A stretch of 64,000 nucleotides of DNA from Chiloscyllium plagiosum (lineage: Eukaryota). Every line of letters starts with the position of its first letter. The stretch's first letter is position 1. Made by a program: the position numbers and the translations under genes. The stretch covers positions 13,151,659-13,215,658 of the forward strand of contig NC_057751.1 of the NCBI RefSeq assembly GCF_004010195.1. The letters run 5' to 3'. The notes beneath the pieces were generated by a model. The model saw only the letters and a list, made by a program, of their open reading frames with translations, searched no databases and had not been told where the DNA came from. Below are positions 24,914 to 38,256 of the stretch, one piece after another.

Positions 24914-27699
24914 TTTTTATTTGACAATTCCTTTCTTCCTTTGTCTTTGCCCACCTTCCACCAAAGAACTTTTACAGAAGCATTGCAGTTTTCATCTTGT
25001 TAGGTAGTCTCTGTCCACTGGGTCAACTTATGTTACACAGGCATGGTCCCAATTAATCTTGGAGCTGCTGAGTATGAAGCACTACCTGTCAATTTAGATT
25101 ACAGTGAATAGCTATGTAGTTTCAAACTGGAGGGATTTCTCATTGTTCAGCAGTCTGCATTGATTGGATTTGCAGACATTGATCTTCCTGTTTTCAATCT
25201 CTGTATTTAGTCAGAACAGCATAAAACACAGGAACTTGCATTTCCAAGACCCTGACAAGTAATGTGGTTTTGAGGCAGTTTCATAGAACTGAAGTAAGTT
25301 TATCTTAATTTAAATAGTGATTCCTTTTGAACTCTAATGCAGACAGGAAAAGACCATTTCTTTCAAAATCTCACTTTAATTTTTACCCCTCGTTTACGAA
25401 CGATCTTTATTGCCACATTAATGTTCTGATGTTGCACCAGATGGAAACAAGCTTTTTGCTAATGTTGGTCCTTCAAGCTTTGGAGCCCTACAGTACAAAG
25501 ACAGGCCCTATGGCCCAGACTGGTCAATACCAGCCAAAATGTCCATCCATGCAAAACCCATTTCCTTGCATTTGGCCCATGTCCTTCAAATCCTTTCCAA
25601 TCCATATATTTATCCAAATGCCTTTTAACCGCTTCCACTGGCAGCTCATTCCATTTGTGTACCACCCTCTGTGTTAAAAAAAGAAGGTCCCTAAGGTTCC
25701 CTTTTATTCTTTCCCCTCTAACCTTAAACTGATGCCCTCTAACCCTCGAATTCCCCAACCCTAGCTAAAATTCTGAGTGCATTCACCCTATCCATGCCCC
25801 TCCTGACATAAACATCTCCCAGGTACCCCCTCATTCTCCTGCACTCTAAAGAGAGGTCCCAGCTTGTCAAACCTCTCCTTAGAACTCAGACCATTGAGTC
25901 CAGACAACATCCTTGTAAATTTCTTCTGCAGTCCTTCCAGCTTAATAAAATCTTTCTTATAACAAGGAACACAAACTGAACACAATACTGTGTACAGCAC
26001 CGTGTATACATAACTTCCCAACTTCTATTCTCAGTGCCCTGACTGATGAGGGCAAGTGTGCCAAAAATCTCCTTCACTGCCCTATCTACCTGTGACTCCT
26101 CTTTCAGAAAACTGTGAACCTGAACTCCAAGGTGCCTCTGTTCCATTACACTCCTTAAGGCCCTACCATTCACAATGAAACTCCTACCTTGATTTGATTT
26201 TCCAAAATGCAAGACCTCACTCTTAAATATATTAAATTCCATTTGCCATTTCTTGGCCTACGTCCCCAGCTGATCAAGGTACTGCTGCAATATTTGAAAA
26301 CCTACCTCGCTGTCCGTGATACCGCCGATTTTAGTGTCATCAGCAAACTTACTAATCATGCCCTGTACATTCTCATTCAAATCATTGATATAGGTAACCA
26401 ACAGCATTGGGCCCAGCACTGACCCCTGAGGTACTCCACCATACACAGGCCTCCAGTCTGACAAGCATCCTTCCTACCATCAAGCCAATTGTATATCCAA
26501 TTTGCCAGCTTGCCCTGGATTCCATGCAATTTAACTTTCCAGGACAGCCTACTATGTGAAACCTTATCAAAGGCATTACTTCTACAGCTATGCCCTCATC
26601 AACCTTCCTGGTCACTTCAGCAAAGAACCATAAGAAATTTGTCAGGCATGATCACCCACTCTCAAAGCCATGCTAATTATTCTTGATCAAACCATGTCTT
26701 TCCAAATGCATGTATATCTTATCCCTCAGAATCTTCTCAAGTAACTTACCCACCACAGATATTAGGCATACTCGTCTATAGTTCCTAGGCTTCTCTTTAC
26801 AGCTCTTCTTGAATAATGGCACAAGATTCGCTACTCCTTCAAGTCTTCTGGGACCTTACCTGTGGCTATCGATGATGCAAACATATCAGCCAGGGCCCCT
26901 GTAAATTCTTCCCTAGCCTCTTGCAATGTTCTTGGATATGTTTGGTCAGGACCAGGAGATTTATCCACCTTCATAAATTTTAATACATCCAATACCTCAC
27001 CTGCTGTGATATGGACTGTCTCCAAGATATCACCACTACCTTCCCCAAGTTCCCAAGTCTTCATGGTAAACACAGGAGAAATATTCTTTGAGAACCTCGC
27101 CCATCTCCTGCAGTTCTCCACATACATGTCCACTTTGGTCCTTGAGGGACCCTATTCTCTCTCTACTTATTCTTTTTCCTTTAATTTATTTAAAGTACCT
27201 CTTTGGATTACCTGAATTTTCTCACCCAAGGCTTTCTCATACCCCCCTTTTGCCCTTCTGATTTCTTTCAGTCAACTCATCTATTTTCTGTGTACCTCCA
27301 GGAATTCCCTTGAACCCAGCTGCCTGTACCTGAGCCACACCTCTTTTGTACTGCTCAATATCTCATCACCCAGGGTTCCCTATTCCTGCCAACATTGCCC
27401 TTCACCCTCACAGGAACATATAGGTATTGAACTCTATCTATCTCACTTTTAAAATCCTTCCACTTGCCAGAGGTCCCTTTGTCTGCAAGCTCCAGTCTAA
27501 TTCCATCAAAATTCGCCTTGCCCCAATTTAGAACTTGAACCTGTGGGCCAGTTTTGTCTTTCTCCATAACTATTTAAAGATTAACAGAACAATGGTCACT
27601 GGTCCCAAAGTGCTCCTCCACTGTCACCTCAGTCACCTTTCCTGTCCTATTTCCCAAGAGAAGGTCGGGTTTTGCCCCTTCCCGAGTAGGATCCTCTAC

Positions 27700-27947
27700 T
27701 CGGGCGACTCTCTGTGTGGAGTTTGCAGATTCTGCCCGTGTCTGCATGGGTTTCCTCCGGTGCTCCGGTTTCCTCCCACAATCCAAAAATGTGCAGGGTC
27801 GGTGAATTGGCCACGCTAAATTGCCCGTAGTGTTAGGTTAAGGTGTAAATGTAGGGAATGTATCTGGGTGGGTTGTGCTTCGGCGGGTCGGTGTGGACTT
27901 GTTGGGCCGAAGGGCCTGTTTCCACACTGTAAGTAATCTAATCTAAT
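27700..27947 (+). mobile_element. 5'-truncated HE1-type SINE nested in CR1
   Basis: Matches 62101-62350 reverse complement; (TAATC)n tail. Confidence 0.9.
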
Positions 27948-28343
27948 ACTGCTTGAGGTAACTTTCCTGAATGCAGTTAACAAATTCCACGCCATCTAAG
28001 CCCTGAATGCTCTGGCAGTCCCAGTCTATGTTAGAAAAATTAAAATTCCTTATTACAAACACCCTATTGCTCCTGCAAGTCTCCCCAGTCTCCCTACATA
28101 TTTGTTCCTCTAATACCCCTTGCCTATTTGGAAGTCGATAGTACAACCCCATTAAGGTCACCATCGCTGCCTGATTCCTAAGCTGCACCTGTAAAATCAC
28201 ACTGGATGAACCTTCAGTTATTTCACCTCTTCCTACTGCTGTGATACTTCCCTTCATAAAAAAAAATGCAACTCTCCCCTCCCCTCTTTCCACTGCCTCT
28301 GTCCCGCTTAAAGCACCTGTACCCTGGCACATTAAGCTGCCGG

Positions 28344-28556
28344 GAGAAAGTGAGGACTGCAGATGCTGGAGATCAGAGCTGAAAATGTGTTGCTGGAAAA
28401 GCACAGCAGGTCTGGCAGCATCCAAGGAGCAGGAGAATCGACATTTTGGACATGAGCCCTTCAGGTTCCTGAAGAAGGGCTCATGCCCGAAACGTCGATT
28501 CTCCTGCTCCTTGGATGCTGCCTGACCTGCTGCGCTTTTCCAGCAACACATTTTCA
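28344..28556. mobile_element. ORF-less palindromic Neptune-type PLE insertion with hammerhead motif
   Basis: ~88-bp inverted arms 28378-28465 and 28466-28558; 17-bp TSD GCACATTAAGCTGCCGG at 28327-28343 and 28557-28573. Confidence 0.88.
28469..28496 (+). ncRNA. Minimal hammerhead ribozyme motif (intact core)
   Basis: CUGAAGA-A-GGGC-ucau-GCCC-GAAAC-GUC. Confidence 0.75.
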
Positions 28557-30909
28557 GCACATTAAGCTGCCGGTCAGGACTCTCCCTTAGCCATCTTGCG
28601 TAATGGCTATAATATCCCAGACCCACATACCTATCCATACCCCGAATTCTTCAGCATTACCTTTTAGTCCCCTTGCATTGAAATAAATGCAATTTAATCC
28701 AAAAGGCATTCTACGCTCCCTGTCGTGTTCTAGCTGACCTGTCTCTTCAACTTAGTATTTCTGATTACTGTATATCCCGTGAACCTCCTTGCTGTTGAGG
28801 AAACCAATCCCAGCTGCCCATCAAGATTAAACCCTCTCTTGCAACACTAGCAAACCTGGCCGCCACGGTATTGATTCCCCCTCCAGCTCAGGTGCAACAC
28901 CTTCCTCTTGAACAGGTCACCTCCGCTCCAGAAAAGATCCCAGTGATACAAAAATCTGAATCCCTACCCCCTGAACCAATTTTTTAGCCACACATTCATT
29001 TGCCATATCCTCCTGTTCTTACCCTCACTAGCTTGTGGCACAGGAAGTCATCCAGAAATTATCACCAACAAAGTCTTGGTTTTTAACTTGCTCTCGATAA
29101 TCACTGTGCAGGACCTCATCCCTATTTCTACCTCTCTCAGTTGTGCCAACGTGCACAATGACTTCTGGCTACTCTCCCTCTCCCTTGAAAACATTCTGCA
29201 GCCTCTCTTGAGACATCCTGGACCCTGACACCTGGGAGGCAATACACCATTCTGGATTCTGGTTTATGGCCACAGAATCAATCTCCTACTTGTACCCCTA
29301 AACATCGAGTCTCCGATCAGTAAGGTCTGGTTTACCTTTATCCTTTCTCGTTGTGCCCCAGAGCCAGACGTGGTGCCATTAATGTGGCTGCTGCTGCTTT
29401 CTCCGAACGGTCATTTTCCCTCCCCTTGTTTTCAAGGGAAATGGCCACAGGGATTCCTGCACTCTGTCTACTCCCTTTGCTTTTCCTGGTGGTCACCAAC
29501 TCTGACTGCACCTTAGGTGTGACCACCTCACTAAAACTCTTACCTATGAAATGCTCAGTATCTCATGATCCTGAGTACATCCAGATCCAGCTCCCTAACA
29601 CGGTCTCCCAGGAGCTGCAGCTGGGTGCACTTCCCACAGATGTTGTCATCAGGGATAATGGAAGTCTCCCTGTGCTTCAACATCCTGCAGCAGCAACACG
29701 TGCATATCTCCTCTCCAGGCCGGCAATGATTCAGGGTTTATTTTTCAGTTTACTAAACTTTCCTCTGTAAATCAGTTTCCCATCTTAATGCCCAGACAGG
29801 CATCCCTGCAGCCATAGCCAGGCACCCATTGGTGATCACCATGAGGTACTGTGGAACCCTGCAAATCTGAATGGTGTTTGTTTCCCTTTCACCTTGTTCT
29901 GAATAGTCTCTCCCTCCCAGTCCAACTCTAAATGGTCTTCCACTATCACAGTCTTGGAAGAAACCGTTGTTTTTGTTTTATTTCAGACATGAAGTCTACC
30001 ATTTAGAATTTCTATTTATTTCCTTGGCCTTTTTCTGCCATTCTGATTGCATTGACTCTTGTGGAATAAAGTTCTATTTCTCAGAAACTGGTTGGGATAT
30101 CTGGTGGCAAGGACGGGTTGGACCGAAGTCTCTGTTTCTGTGCTGTACATCTCTATGACTCTGTGACTGGCCTAACTGCCGTCTCACCTGCTGTAAAACT
30201 GAAAAGGACAATTTAAAGGACTTTACCTGGACTTTTTGCTGAGCCACTGCTCTCCAAAGCCCTACTTCTGAGTCTGCCACAACAAATTTAGCAATAGCAC
30301 TTTTCGCTACCACTCAATGTTTTGTTTTAGTTAGAGGAGGAGGAAAGTTGGGTGGCTGGTGAGGTCCTCCTTCAGGTAGTGGTGACTGCGCAGATGCAAA
30401 TCTTCACACTGACAGCCAATCTGCTTTGTCACAGTCATCTGCTAGTCCAAAAGTATGGCTTCAATTTTGAGATCATGTTGTACACAAGTCCTGTACTTCC
30501 TGATGAGTGGTAATAGTTTGTCCACACATATTCTCTTCTTTGTTGTCCTTCATATATATCAACTTTGATCAATTCATCCTGTCAGCCTTCTAAACTCCAG
30601 GGAATACAATTCCATTTTCTAATGTCTGCTTGTAATTTCACCCTTGGCATTCTTGGAAACATATGCCATAATCTCCAACTCGAGAACATCTTTCACAGAA
30701 TATAATGTCCAGAACTGATAACAGTGCTTGGTTCTCTGTCTTCTTCACCCAAGATAGTTTTCACGAGTGAAAGACCTACAATACTTGTATTTCATGGGTG
30801 CAATGACTTCAACATTTCAGATCTAGAACATACCCCCTCAAATGGTTGGTTGTTCTACTGATAATCTGGAGAAGTAGAACTGTTCAAATATGGTTTTCTT
30901 CCAGCAGTA

Positions 30910-31490
30910 GAATCGTAGAGATACATAGCATGGAAACAGTCCCTTTGGTCCAACTTGTCCATGCCAACCAGATATCCTAAATAAATCTAATCCCATTTGT
31001 CAACATTTGGCCCATATTCTTCTAAACCCTTCCTATTCATATAGATACCTTTTAAGTGTTGTAATCGGACCAGCTTTCGCCACTTCCTTTGGCAGCTCAT
31101 TGCATACCTGTGCAAAAAGGTTGCCTCTTGATCTTTTTCTTTTAAATCTTTCCCCCCTCACCTTAAACCCATGCTCTTGAGTTTCCCCAGATAAAATACC
31201 CTTAGCTACTCATCCTATCTATGCCCCTCATGATTTTATAAACCTGTATAAGGTCACCTCTTAGCTCCCAATGCTACAGGTAAAATAACCCCAGTCTATT
31301 CAGTCTCGCCCATTGCTCAAACCCTCCAACCCCGGCAACACCCTTGTAAATCTTTTCTGTACCCTTTCCGTTCACAACATCCTATAGCAGGGAGACCACA
31401 ATTGCATGCAACATTCCAAAAATGGCCCAGCTGATGTGGCTGTACAGGACATGACCTCCCAACTCGTGCACTCCATGAAGACAAGAATAT
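30910..31490 (-). mobile_element. CR1 3' fragment
   Basis: Similar to 48440-49010. Confidence 0.85.
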
Positions 31491-32189
31491 CTAATACTGA
31501 TAAGATTTTTTTGTCTGTGATCTCTTGAAATTTACTATATAAAGAATTAAACTAAAAATGGAAATCTACAAAAACCATACATTTAAGCATCAGTAACAAA
31601 GACCTCCGTTAGTGGGTAGTTAAAGTTAAATTAAGCTTGGTCACATTTGTAACTAGCTTTTATCCTGAGGTAAAAATAAAAGGTGGTAATTTTGTAAACT
31701 TGAACAAGAACCAAATCATGAAGACATGTAAGTTAAGAGCGAATTGTGTAATAGATTGCCAGTGAGTCATATGGAGCGGAGGTCAGCTTGATATAAATGA
31801 GAAATTTTATTTCTGTGTCTCGCTCACTTAAATCCATGTTGAGTGGTAAAGGTCATGTGAGTTTTCAGAAGAGAAGCTTTTAGAAAATGAAGTGCTGTAT
31901 TCGAAATGAGTCTTGATATTAGATTCAAAACCCTGTTGTGAAGGTAGTGTGAAAACCTAGGTCTTGATGATCCAATCAGTTTCTAATGGTCTCAACTGCA
32001 AACAGTATGGACCGTGCTTTGAAATTAGTTTAGATCTTTTTAGCTCCCAAATTTGAAACCATTCTTTTACGTGATTGCATGAGAAAGGATGCAGAGGAGA
32101 TTGACCATATCTTATGTGCTTTGGAACTTTTCCACTGTTAACAAAAACTTGTTTTCCTTCGAGTAGCAAAAACTGAGGGTGGACTTGAT

Positions 32190-32360
32190 TGAGGGGCTTA
32201 AGTAGGGGAAGATAGGAAAGAAAGTGTTCCCCTTTGTAGGATAATCCACAGTCAGGGTGCATAGATTTGAGATAAAGGCCGCGAGGTTCAGAGGGATTTC
32301 AAGAGGGTGATGGGGACCAGGAACTCCATTCTCTGAAAGAGTAGTAGAGGATGAGCCATC
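32190..32360 (+). mobile_element. Degenerate CR1 3' fragment
   Basis: GAAAGTGTTCCCC...AGGGTGCATAGATTTGAGATAAAGG (RGHxFK-like). Confidence 0.5.
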
Positions 32361-33553
32361 GCAGGATTAAAGTCTTTCGGTGATCTCTTGGAACTCATTA
32401 GGCTCTGGATCACATTATGGAAAATGTGGTGGGCAGGTGTTAGGTGATTGGGAATGCAACAAGCCAAAGGACATATTTCTGGATTTTAATGTTGCACAGA
32501 GCCTGAGATGCAACTTAGAAGTATGCATTCAGAAAGCAAATTTTTACTGCAATTTATTTCATGAGGCATTTCTGGAATGTGAGACATGACTGAGATCTGT
32601 CCACAAACATAAGTTACACAAATAGCCCCATGGCGTTTGAATGATCTAACGTTATTAGAAAGTGCAGTTTTTTCATGTATGTGGAATACATGTTAACACT
32701 TGTCGTTTACATTTTGATAATGCTCCAGTAAAAGAGTTCATAATTGTACAGACTATTTTTCTTTCATTTGGTAAATGCAATGTGTAATCATAAAGAAGCT
32801 AAAAGCATTTTTGGGTATTTTAATTATGATCACATTAGTTTCACACTTCATTGTATCTTGACTTACTCTTTTCTCTTTCACCTCTGCCTCTTTTCCTCAG
32901 GTAGTTTGATTCTATCGACTGGGATATAACTGTTGTAGTCCATTGATTTACTTGATAGCTCTTTCTTATATTCTACGCTTAACACGTGTTCCTAGATGTT
33001 GAAATTTGTAGTAGAATACATTCCACTTCAACAAGTAACCATGTTGGATGTCAGAGGTTGGTTTAAAATGAAAACCAAATGAATGTGATGTACATTCACC
33101 TCAAAAAAAATTAAAACTTCCTTAAGCTCACAGAAGGTTGAAGTGATTTCAGTTCATACATTTTCTGTTCACATTTTTAATTATTCTCAATTAGAGTTCC
33201 TTTTTCTTCTTGCTTTGATTCCAGAACTTGTTTCTCTGAGTTAATTTCTTCCTTAAATAACACACGTCTACATTATAGAACAAAGTTGGGAGTAAATATC
33301 TGGTAAACAGGGAGTAATGGAAAAGAGTTGAATATTTCTCAGTAGTACACGATAGTCCAGTTGATCATCTGATTTGTCTTGTGCTGTTTGATTCTTTTCC
33401 AACCTTTTCTTACAGTCACAATTGTTAAATGCTTTGGCAAATTATAACTGTTGTGCAATGTTTCAAGTATCGATTAAATAGATGTAAATGGAAGATGTGT
33501 GGACTGTTTGATTTTTTTGCCATCTTTATTACCACTGAGGATATTTGTTACAG

Positions 33554-33687
33554 ATATGAATACCATTGGGCTGATGGCACAAATATTAAAAAACCAATTA
33601 AGTGTTCTGCTCCAAAATACATTGATTACCTGATGACATGGGTACAGGACCAGCTTGATGATGAGACCCTCTTTCCTTCTAAAATAG
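33554..33687 (+). CDS. MOB1A: MOB1A exon 4
   Basis: YEYHWADGTNIKKPIKCSAPKYIDYLMTWVQDQLDDETLFPSKI; AG/GT. Confidence 0.96.
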
Positions 33688-34064
33688 GTGAGCCATTTTG
33701 TTTCATCTGCGTAGGAAAAGTGAGCAATGCATTCTCCTTGAAATAAGCAATGATCAATCAGTAGTACCAGAAAATGGTTTTACATTTTTGGTTGGCACTA
33801 CACTTGCCCTCTTGTGCCACGATTAGCCACATGTCTGACATATCTCTTCTCCATCCCCTTTCCCCTGTCTGGAATGTGAAACAGCTCATGCAGTTATGAT
33901 TAGAAACTACAGTTGTTTCGTTCCATTGTCCTCACAAATAAAATCATATTAGCTGACTAAAAGGCAAAGCTTCTGTCTGATTAAATTCTCTTAGTTTGAA
34001 TTTATGAGCTTGGAGTTTTAATTGGTGAACTTGACATCTAGGACTGCAAGAGGAAACATCTTTC

Positions 34065-37000
34065 CCGGGAGAAGGGAAGGGGACAGAATAGAAAAGTACT
34101 CGTGGTAGGGGACTCGATAGTTAGGGGAATCGACAGGAGATTTTGTGGTCAGGATCAGGATTCCCGGAAGGTATGTTGCCTCCCTGGTGCCTGGGTCCGG
34201 GACGTCTCCGATCGGGTGTATAAGGTTCTAAAAGGGGAGGGCGAACAGCCAGAAATCGTGTTACATATTGGCACTAATGATATAGCCAGGAAAAGGATTG
34301 AGGATATAAAAAGTGATTTCAGGGAGTTAGGATGGAAGCCGCAAAGCAGGACGAACAGAGTAGGGTTGTCTAGTTTACTACTGGTGCCACGAGATAGCGA
34401 GGTGAGGAACAGGGAGAGGGCGCAACTTAACACGTGGCTGCGCAGCTGGTATAGGAGGGAGGGCTTCAGATATGTAGATAATTGGGATGCCTTCTGGGGA
34501 AGGTGGGACCTGTACAAGAAGGACGGGTTGCATCTGAACTGGAAGGGGACCAATGTCCTGGGTGGAAGGTTTGCTCGAGTAGTTCGAGAGGGTTTAAACT
34601 AGTATGGCAGAGGGATGGGAACCTGAGCTGTATACCGTAGGTGAGAGTTAATGCAGATGAGGCAATAGCAAGAGGTAGACCAGCTAGTGGGAAGGATTTT
34701 CTTAGGAAGGAACCAAAGGATCAGTTAAAGTGTGTTTGCATTAACGCAAGGAGTATCAGGAATAAAAGTGATGAACTTAGAGCATAGTACCTGGTGCTAT
34801 GATGTTGTGGCCATAACAGAGACATGGGTTTATCAGGGGCAGGAATGGTTGCTAGATGTTCCAGGGTTTAGAGCATTTAAAAAGAATGGGGAGGGGGGAA
34901 AAAGAGGAGGGGGTGTAACACTACTAATCAGAGAGGGTATCACAGCTACAGAAGCTTCCATTGTCGAGGAAGATCTGCCTACCGAGTCAGTATGGGTGGA
35001 AATTAGGAACAGCAAGGGAGCAGCCACCTCTTAAGGGTTTACTACAGGCCCCCCAATAGCAACAGGGAGATTGAAGAAAGCATAGGTCAGCAGATTTTGG
35101 AAAAGTGTGGAGGTAGTAGGGTTGTTGTAATGGGTGACTTTAACTTTCCCAATATTGATTGGAACCTCCTTTGGGCAGAAGATTTGAATGGAGCTGTTTT
35201 TGTAAGGTGTCTTCAGGAGGGCTTCTTAACTCAGTACGTTGACAGGCCAACGAGGGGAGAGGCCATTCTAGACTTGGTGCTCGGAAACGAGCCGGGGCAG
35301 GTATCAGATCTTGTGGCGGGAGAGCATTTTGGTGATAGTGACCACAACTGCCTCACATTCTACATAGCTATGGAGAAGGAGAGGATTAAGCAAAATGGGA
35401 GGATGTTTAATTGGGGAAGAGGAAACTATGATGCGATTAGACATGTGTTAGGAAGCATGGACTGGGAGCAATTGTTCCATGGTAAAGGCACTATAGACAT
35501 GTGGAGACTGTTTAAGGAACAGTTGTTGTGAGTGATGAATAAATGTCCCTCTGAGACCGGCAAGAAAGGGTAAGATAGAGGAACCTTGGATGACGGGAGC
35601 GTTGGAGCGTCTCGTCAAAAGGAAGAAGATAGCTTACATAAGGTGGAGGAAGCTAGGGTCAAGCTCCGCTCTAGAGGATTACAGGCAGGCGAGGAAGGAG
35701 CTCAAAAATGGTCTGAGGAGAGCCAGGAGGGGNNNNNNNNNNNNNNNNNNNNNNNNNNNNNNNNNNNNNNNNNNNNNNNNNNNNNNNNNNNNNNNNNNNN
35801 NNNNNNNNNNNNNNNNNNNNNNNNNNNNNNNNNNNNNNNNNNNNNNNNNNNNNNNNNNNNNNNNNNNNNNNNNNNNNNNNNNNNNNNNNNNNNNNNNNNN
35901 NNNNNNNNNNNNNNNNNNNNNNNNNNNNNNNNNNNNNNNNNNNNNNNNNNNNNNNNNNNNNNNNNNNNNNNNNNNNNNNNNNNNNNNNNNNNNNNNNNNN
36001 NNNNNNNNNNNNNNNNNNNNNNNNNNNNNNNNNNNNNNNNNNNNNNNNNNNNNNNNNNNNNNNNNNNNNNNNNNNNNNNNNNNNNNNNNNNNNNNNNNNN
36101 NNNNNNNNNNNNNNNNNNNNNNNNNNNNNNNNNNNNNNNNNNNNNNNNNNNNNNNNNNNNNNNNNNNNNNNNNNNNNNNNNNNNNNNNNNNNNNNNNNNN
36201 NNNNNNNNNNNNNNNNNNNNNNNNNNNNNNNNNNNNNNNNNNNNNNNNNNNNNNNNNNNNNNNNNNNNNNNNNNNNNNNNNNNNNNNNNNNNNNNNNNNN
36301 NNNNNNNNNNNNNNNNNNNNNNNNNNNNNNNNNNNNNNNNNNNNNNNNNNNNNNNNNNNNNNNNNNNNNNNNNNNNNNNNNNNNNNNNNNNNNNNNNNNN
36401 NNNNNNNNNNNNNNNNNNNNNNNNNNNNNNNNNNNNNNNNNNNNNNNNNNNNNNNNNNNNNNNNNNNNNNNNNNNNNNNNNNNNNNNNNNNNNNNNNAAG
36501 CCCTAAATGTGTTTTTTGCTTCTGTCTTTATGAAAGAAACTAACTTTGTAGTTAATGAAACCTTTGAAGAGCAGGTGTGCATGCTGGAATGGATAGAGAT
36601 AGAGGAAGCTGATGTGCTGAAAATTTTGTCAAACATTAATATTGACAAGTCGCCAGGCCCGGACCAGATTTATCCTCGGCTGCTTTGGGAAACGAGAAAT
36701 GCGATTGCTTAGACACTTGCGAAGATCTTTGCATCCTCGCTCTCCACTGGAGTCATACCTGAGGACTGGAGAGAGGCAAATGTAATTCCTCCCTTCAAGA
36801 AAGGAAATAGGGAAATCCCCGGCAATTACAGACCAGTAAGTCTCACGTCTGTCGTCTGCAAGGTGTTAGAAAGGATTCTGAGGGATAGGATTTATGACCA
36901 TCTGGAAGAGCATGGCTTGATTAAATGCAGTCAAAATGGCTTTGTAAGGGATAGATCATGCCTCACAAACCTTACCGAGTTCTTTGAGGATGTGACTAGA

Positions 37001-37917
37001 AAAGTTGATGACGGTCGAGCTGTGGATGTGGTGTTATGGACTTTAGCAAGGCATTTGATAAGGCTCATTCAGAAGGTCAGGAGGAATGGGATACAGGGGA
37101 ACTTAGCTGTCTGGATACAGAATTGGCTGGCCAACAGAAGACAACGAGTGGTAGTAGAATGAGAATATTCTGCCCTGAAGTCAGTGGTGAGTGGTGTTCC
37201 ACAGGGCTCTGTCCTTGGGCCTCTACTGTTTGTAATTTTAATTAATTGGATGAGGGGATTGAAGGATGGGTCAGCAAGTTTGCAGACGACACAAAGGTTG
37301 GAGATGTCATTGACAGTATAGAGGGCTGTTGTAGGCTGCAGCGGGACATTGACAGGATGCAGAGACGGGCTGAGAGATGGCAGATGGAGTTCAACCTGGA
37401 TAAATGCGAGGTGATGCATTTTGGAAGGTCGAATTTGAAAGCGGAGTACAGGATTAAGGATAGGATTCTTGGCAGTGTGGATGAACAGAGCGTTCTTGGT
37501 GTGCAGGTGCAGAGATCCCTTAAAATGGCCACCCAAGTGGACAGAGTTGTTAAGGAAGCATATGGTGTTTTGGCTTTCATTAACAGGGGGATTGAGTTTA
37601 AGAGTCGCGAGATCTTGTTGCAGCTCTATAAAACTTTGATTAGACCGCACTTGGAATACTGCATCTAGTTCGTCATAGTTTTAAGCTGGTTGGAGGAAAG
37701 TATAGAGGGGATGTCAGAGGTGGGTTCTTTACACAGAGAGTTGTGAGAGCATGGAATGCATTGCCAGCAGCAGTTGTGGAAGCAAGGTCATTGGGGACAC
37801 TTAAGAGACTGCTGGACATGCATATGGTCACAGAAATTTGAGGTTGCATACATGAGGATCAATGGTCAGCACAACATCGTGGGCTGAAGGGCCTGTTCTG
37901 TGCTGTACTGTTCTATG
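34065..37917 (+). mobile_element. CR1 LINE with SGNH-esterase ORF1, APE and RT; disrupted and spanning an assembly gap
   Basis: ORF1 34102-34602 (GDS, GTND, DGLH); APE (ITETW, GDFNFP, SDH); RT (DFSKAFD, FADDTK); CR1 tail GGCCTGTTCTGTGCTGTACTGTTCTATG. Confidence 0.93.
35733..36497. other. Assembly gap (765 N)
   Basis: Run of N. Confidence 1.
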
Positions 37918-38092
37918 ATGGTCTTGTTCCATTCTTCTCCCTGGTCACCCACGAACTGCAGTTTTTGTTCAAGTTGTGATGTCTCTTCAAGTTGATTTTT
38001 AGCATTAACTATTAAAATGTACAGTTGATTTTATAAATCTGAATCTTTGAAGCTTTTCCATGTTATAATTCATGATAACTGTTACATTGCAG

Positions 38093-38256
38093 GAGTGCCC
38101 TTCCCTAAAAATTTCATGTCTGTGGCCAAGACCATTCTTAAGCGTCTCTTCAGAGTTTATGCTCATATTTATCACCAGCATTTCGACTCTGTGATGCAGC
38201 TTCAGGAAGAGGCCCATCTTAATACTTCCTTCAAGCACTTCATATTTTTTGTTCAG
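38093..38256 (+). CDS. MOB1A: MOB1A exon 5
   Basis: GVPFPKNFMSVAKTILKRLFRVYAHIYHQHFDSVMQLQEEAHLNTSFKHFIFFVQ; AG/GT. Confidence 0.96.

Larger units (their letters stand above)
25478..29720 (-). mobile_element. Near full-length degenerate CR1 LINE with two nested insertions
   Basis: ORF1 remnants ~28850-29550, APE (FNFSNIDW), tether (KSPGPD), RT (GVPQGSVLGP, FADDTK), 3' tail; many stops and frameshifts. Confidence 0.9.

Noticed and set aside
28344..28556. DNA-transposon MITE or pre-miRNA reading of the palindromes
   Set aside because: Long variable TSDs, asymmetric tail and identity with GIY-YIG PLE ends indicate retroelement origin
27943..28638. 231-aa minus ORF
   Set aside because: Chimera of CR1 endonuclease remnant and the inserted palindrome
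35586..36648. Three 300+ aa ORFs
   Set aside because: Artefacts of translating through the N gap
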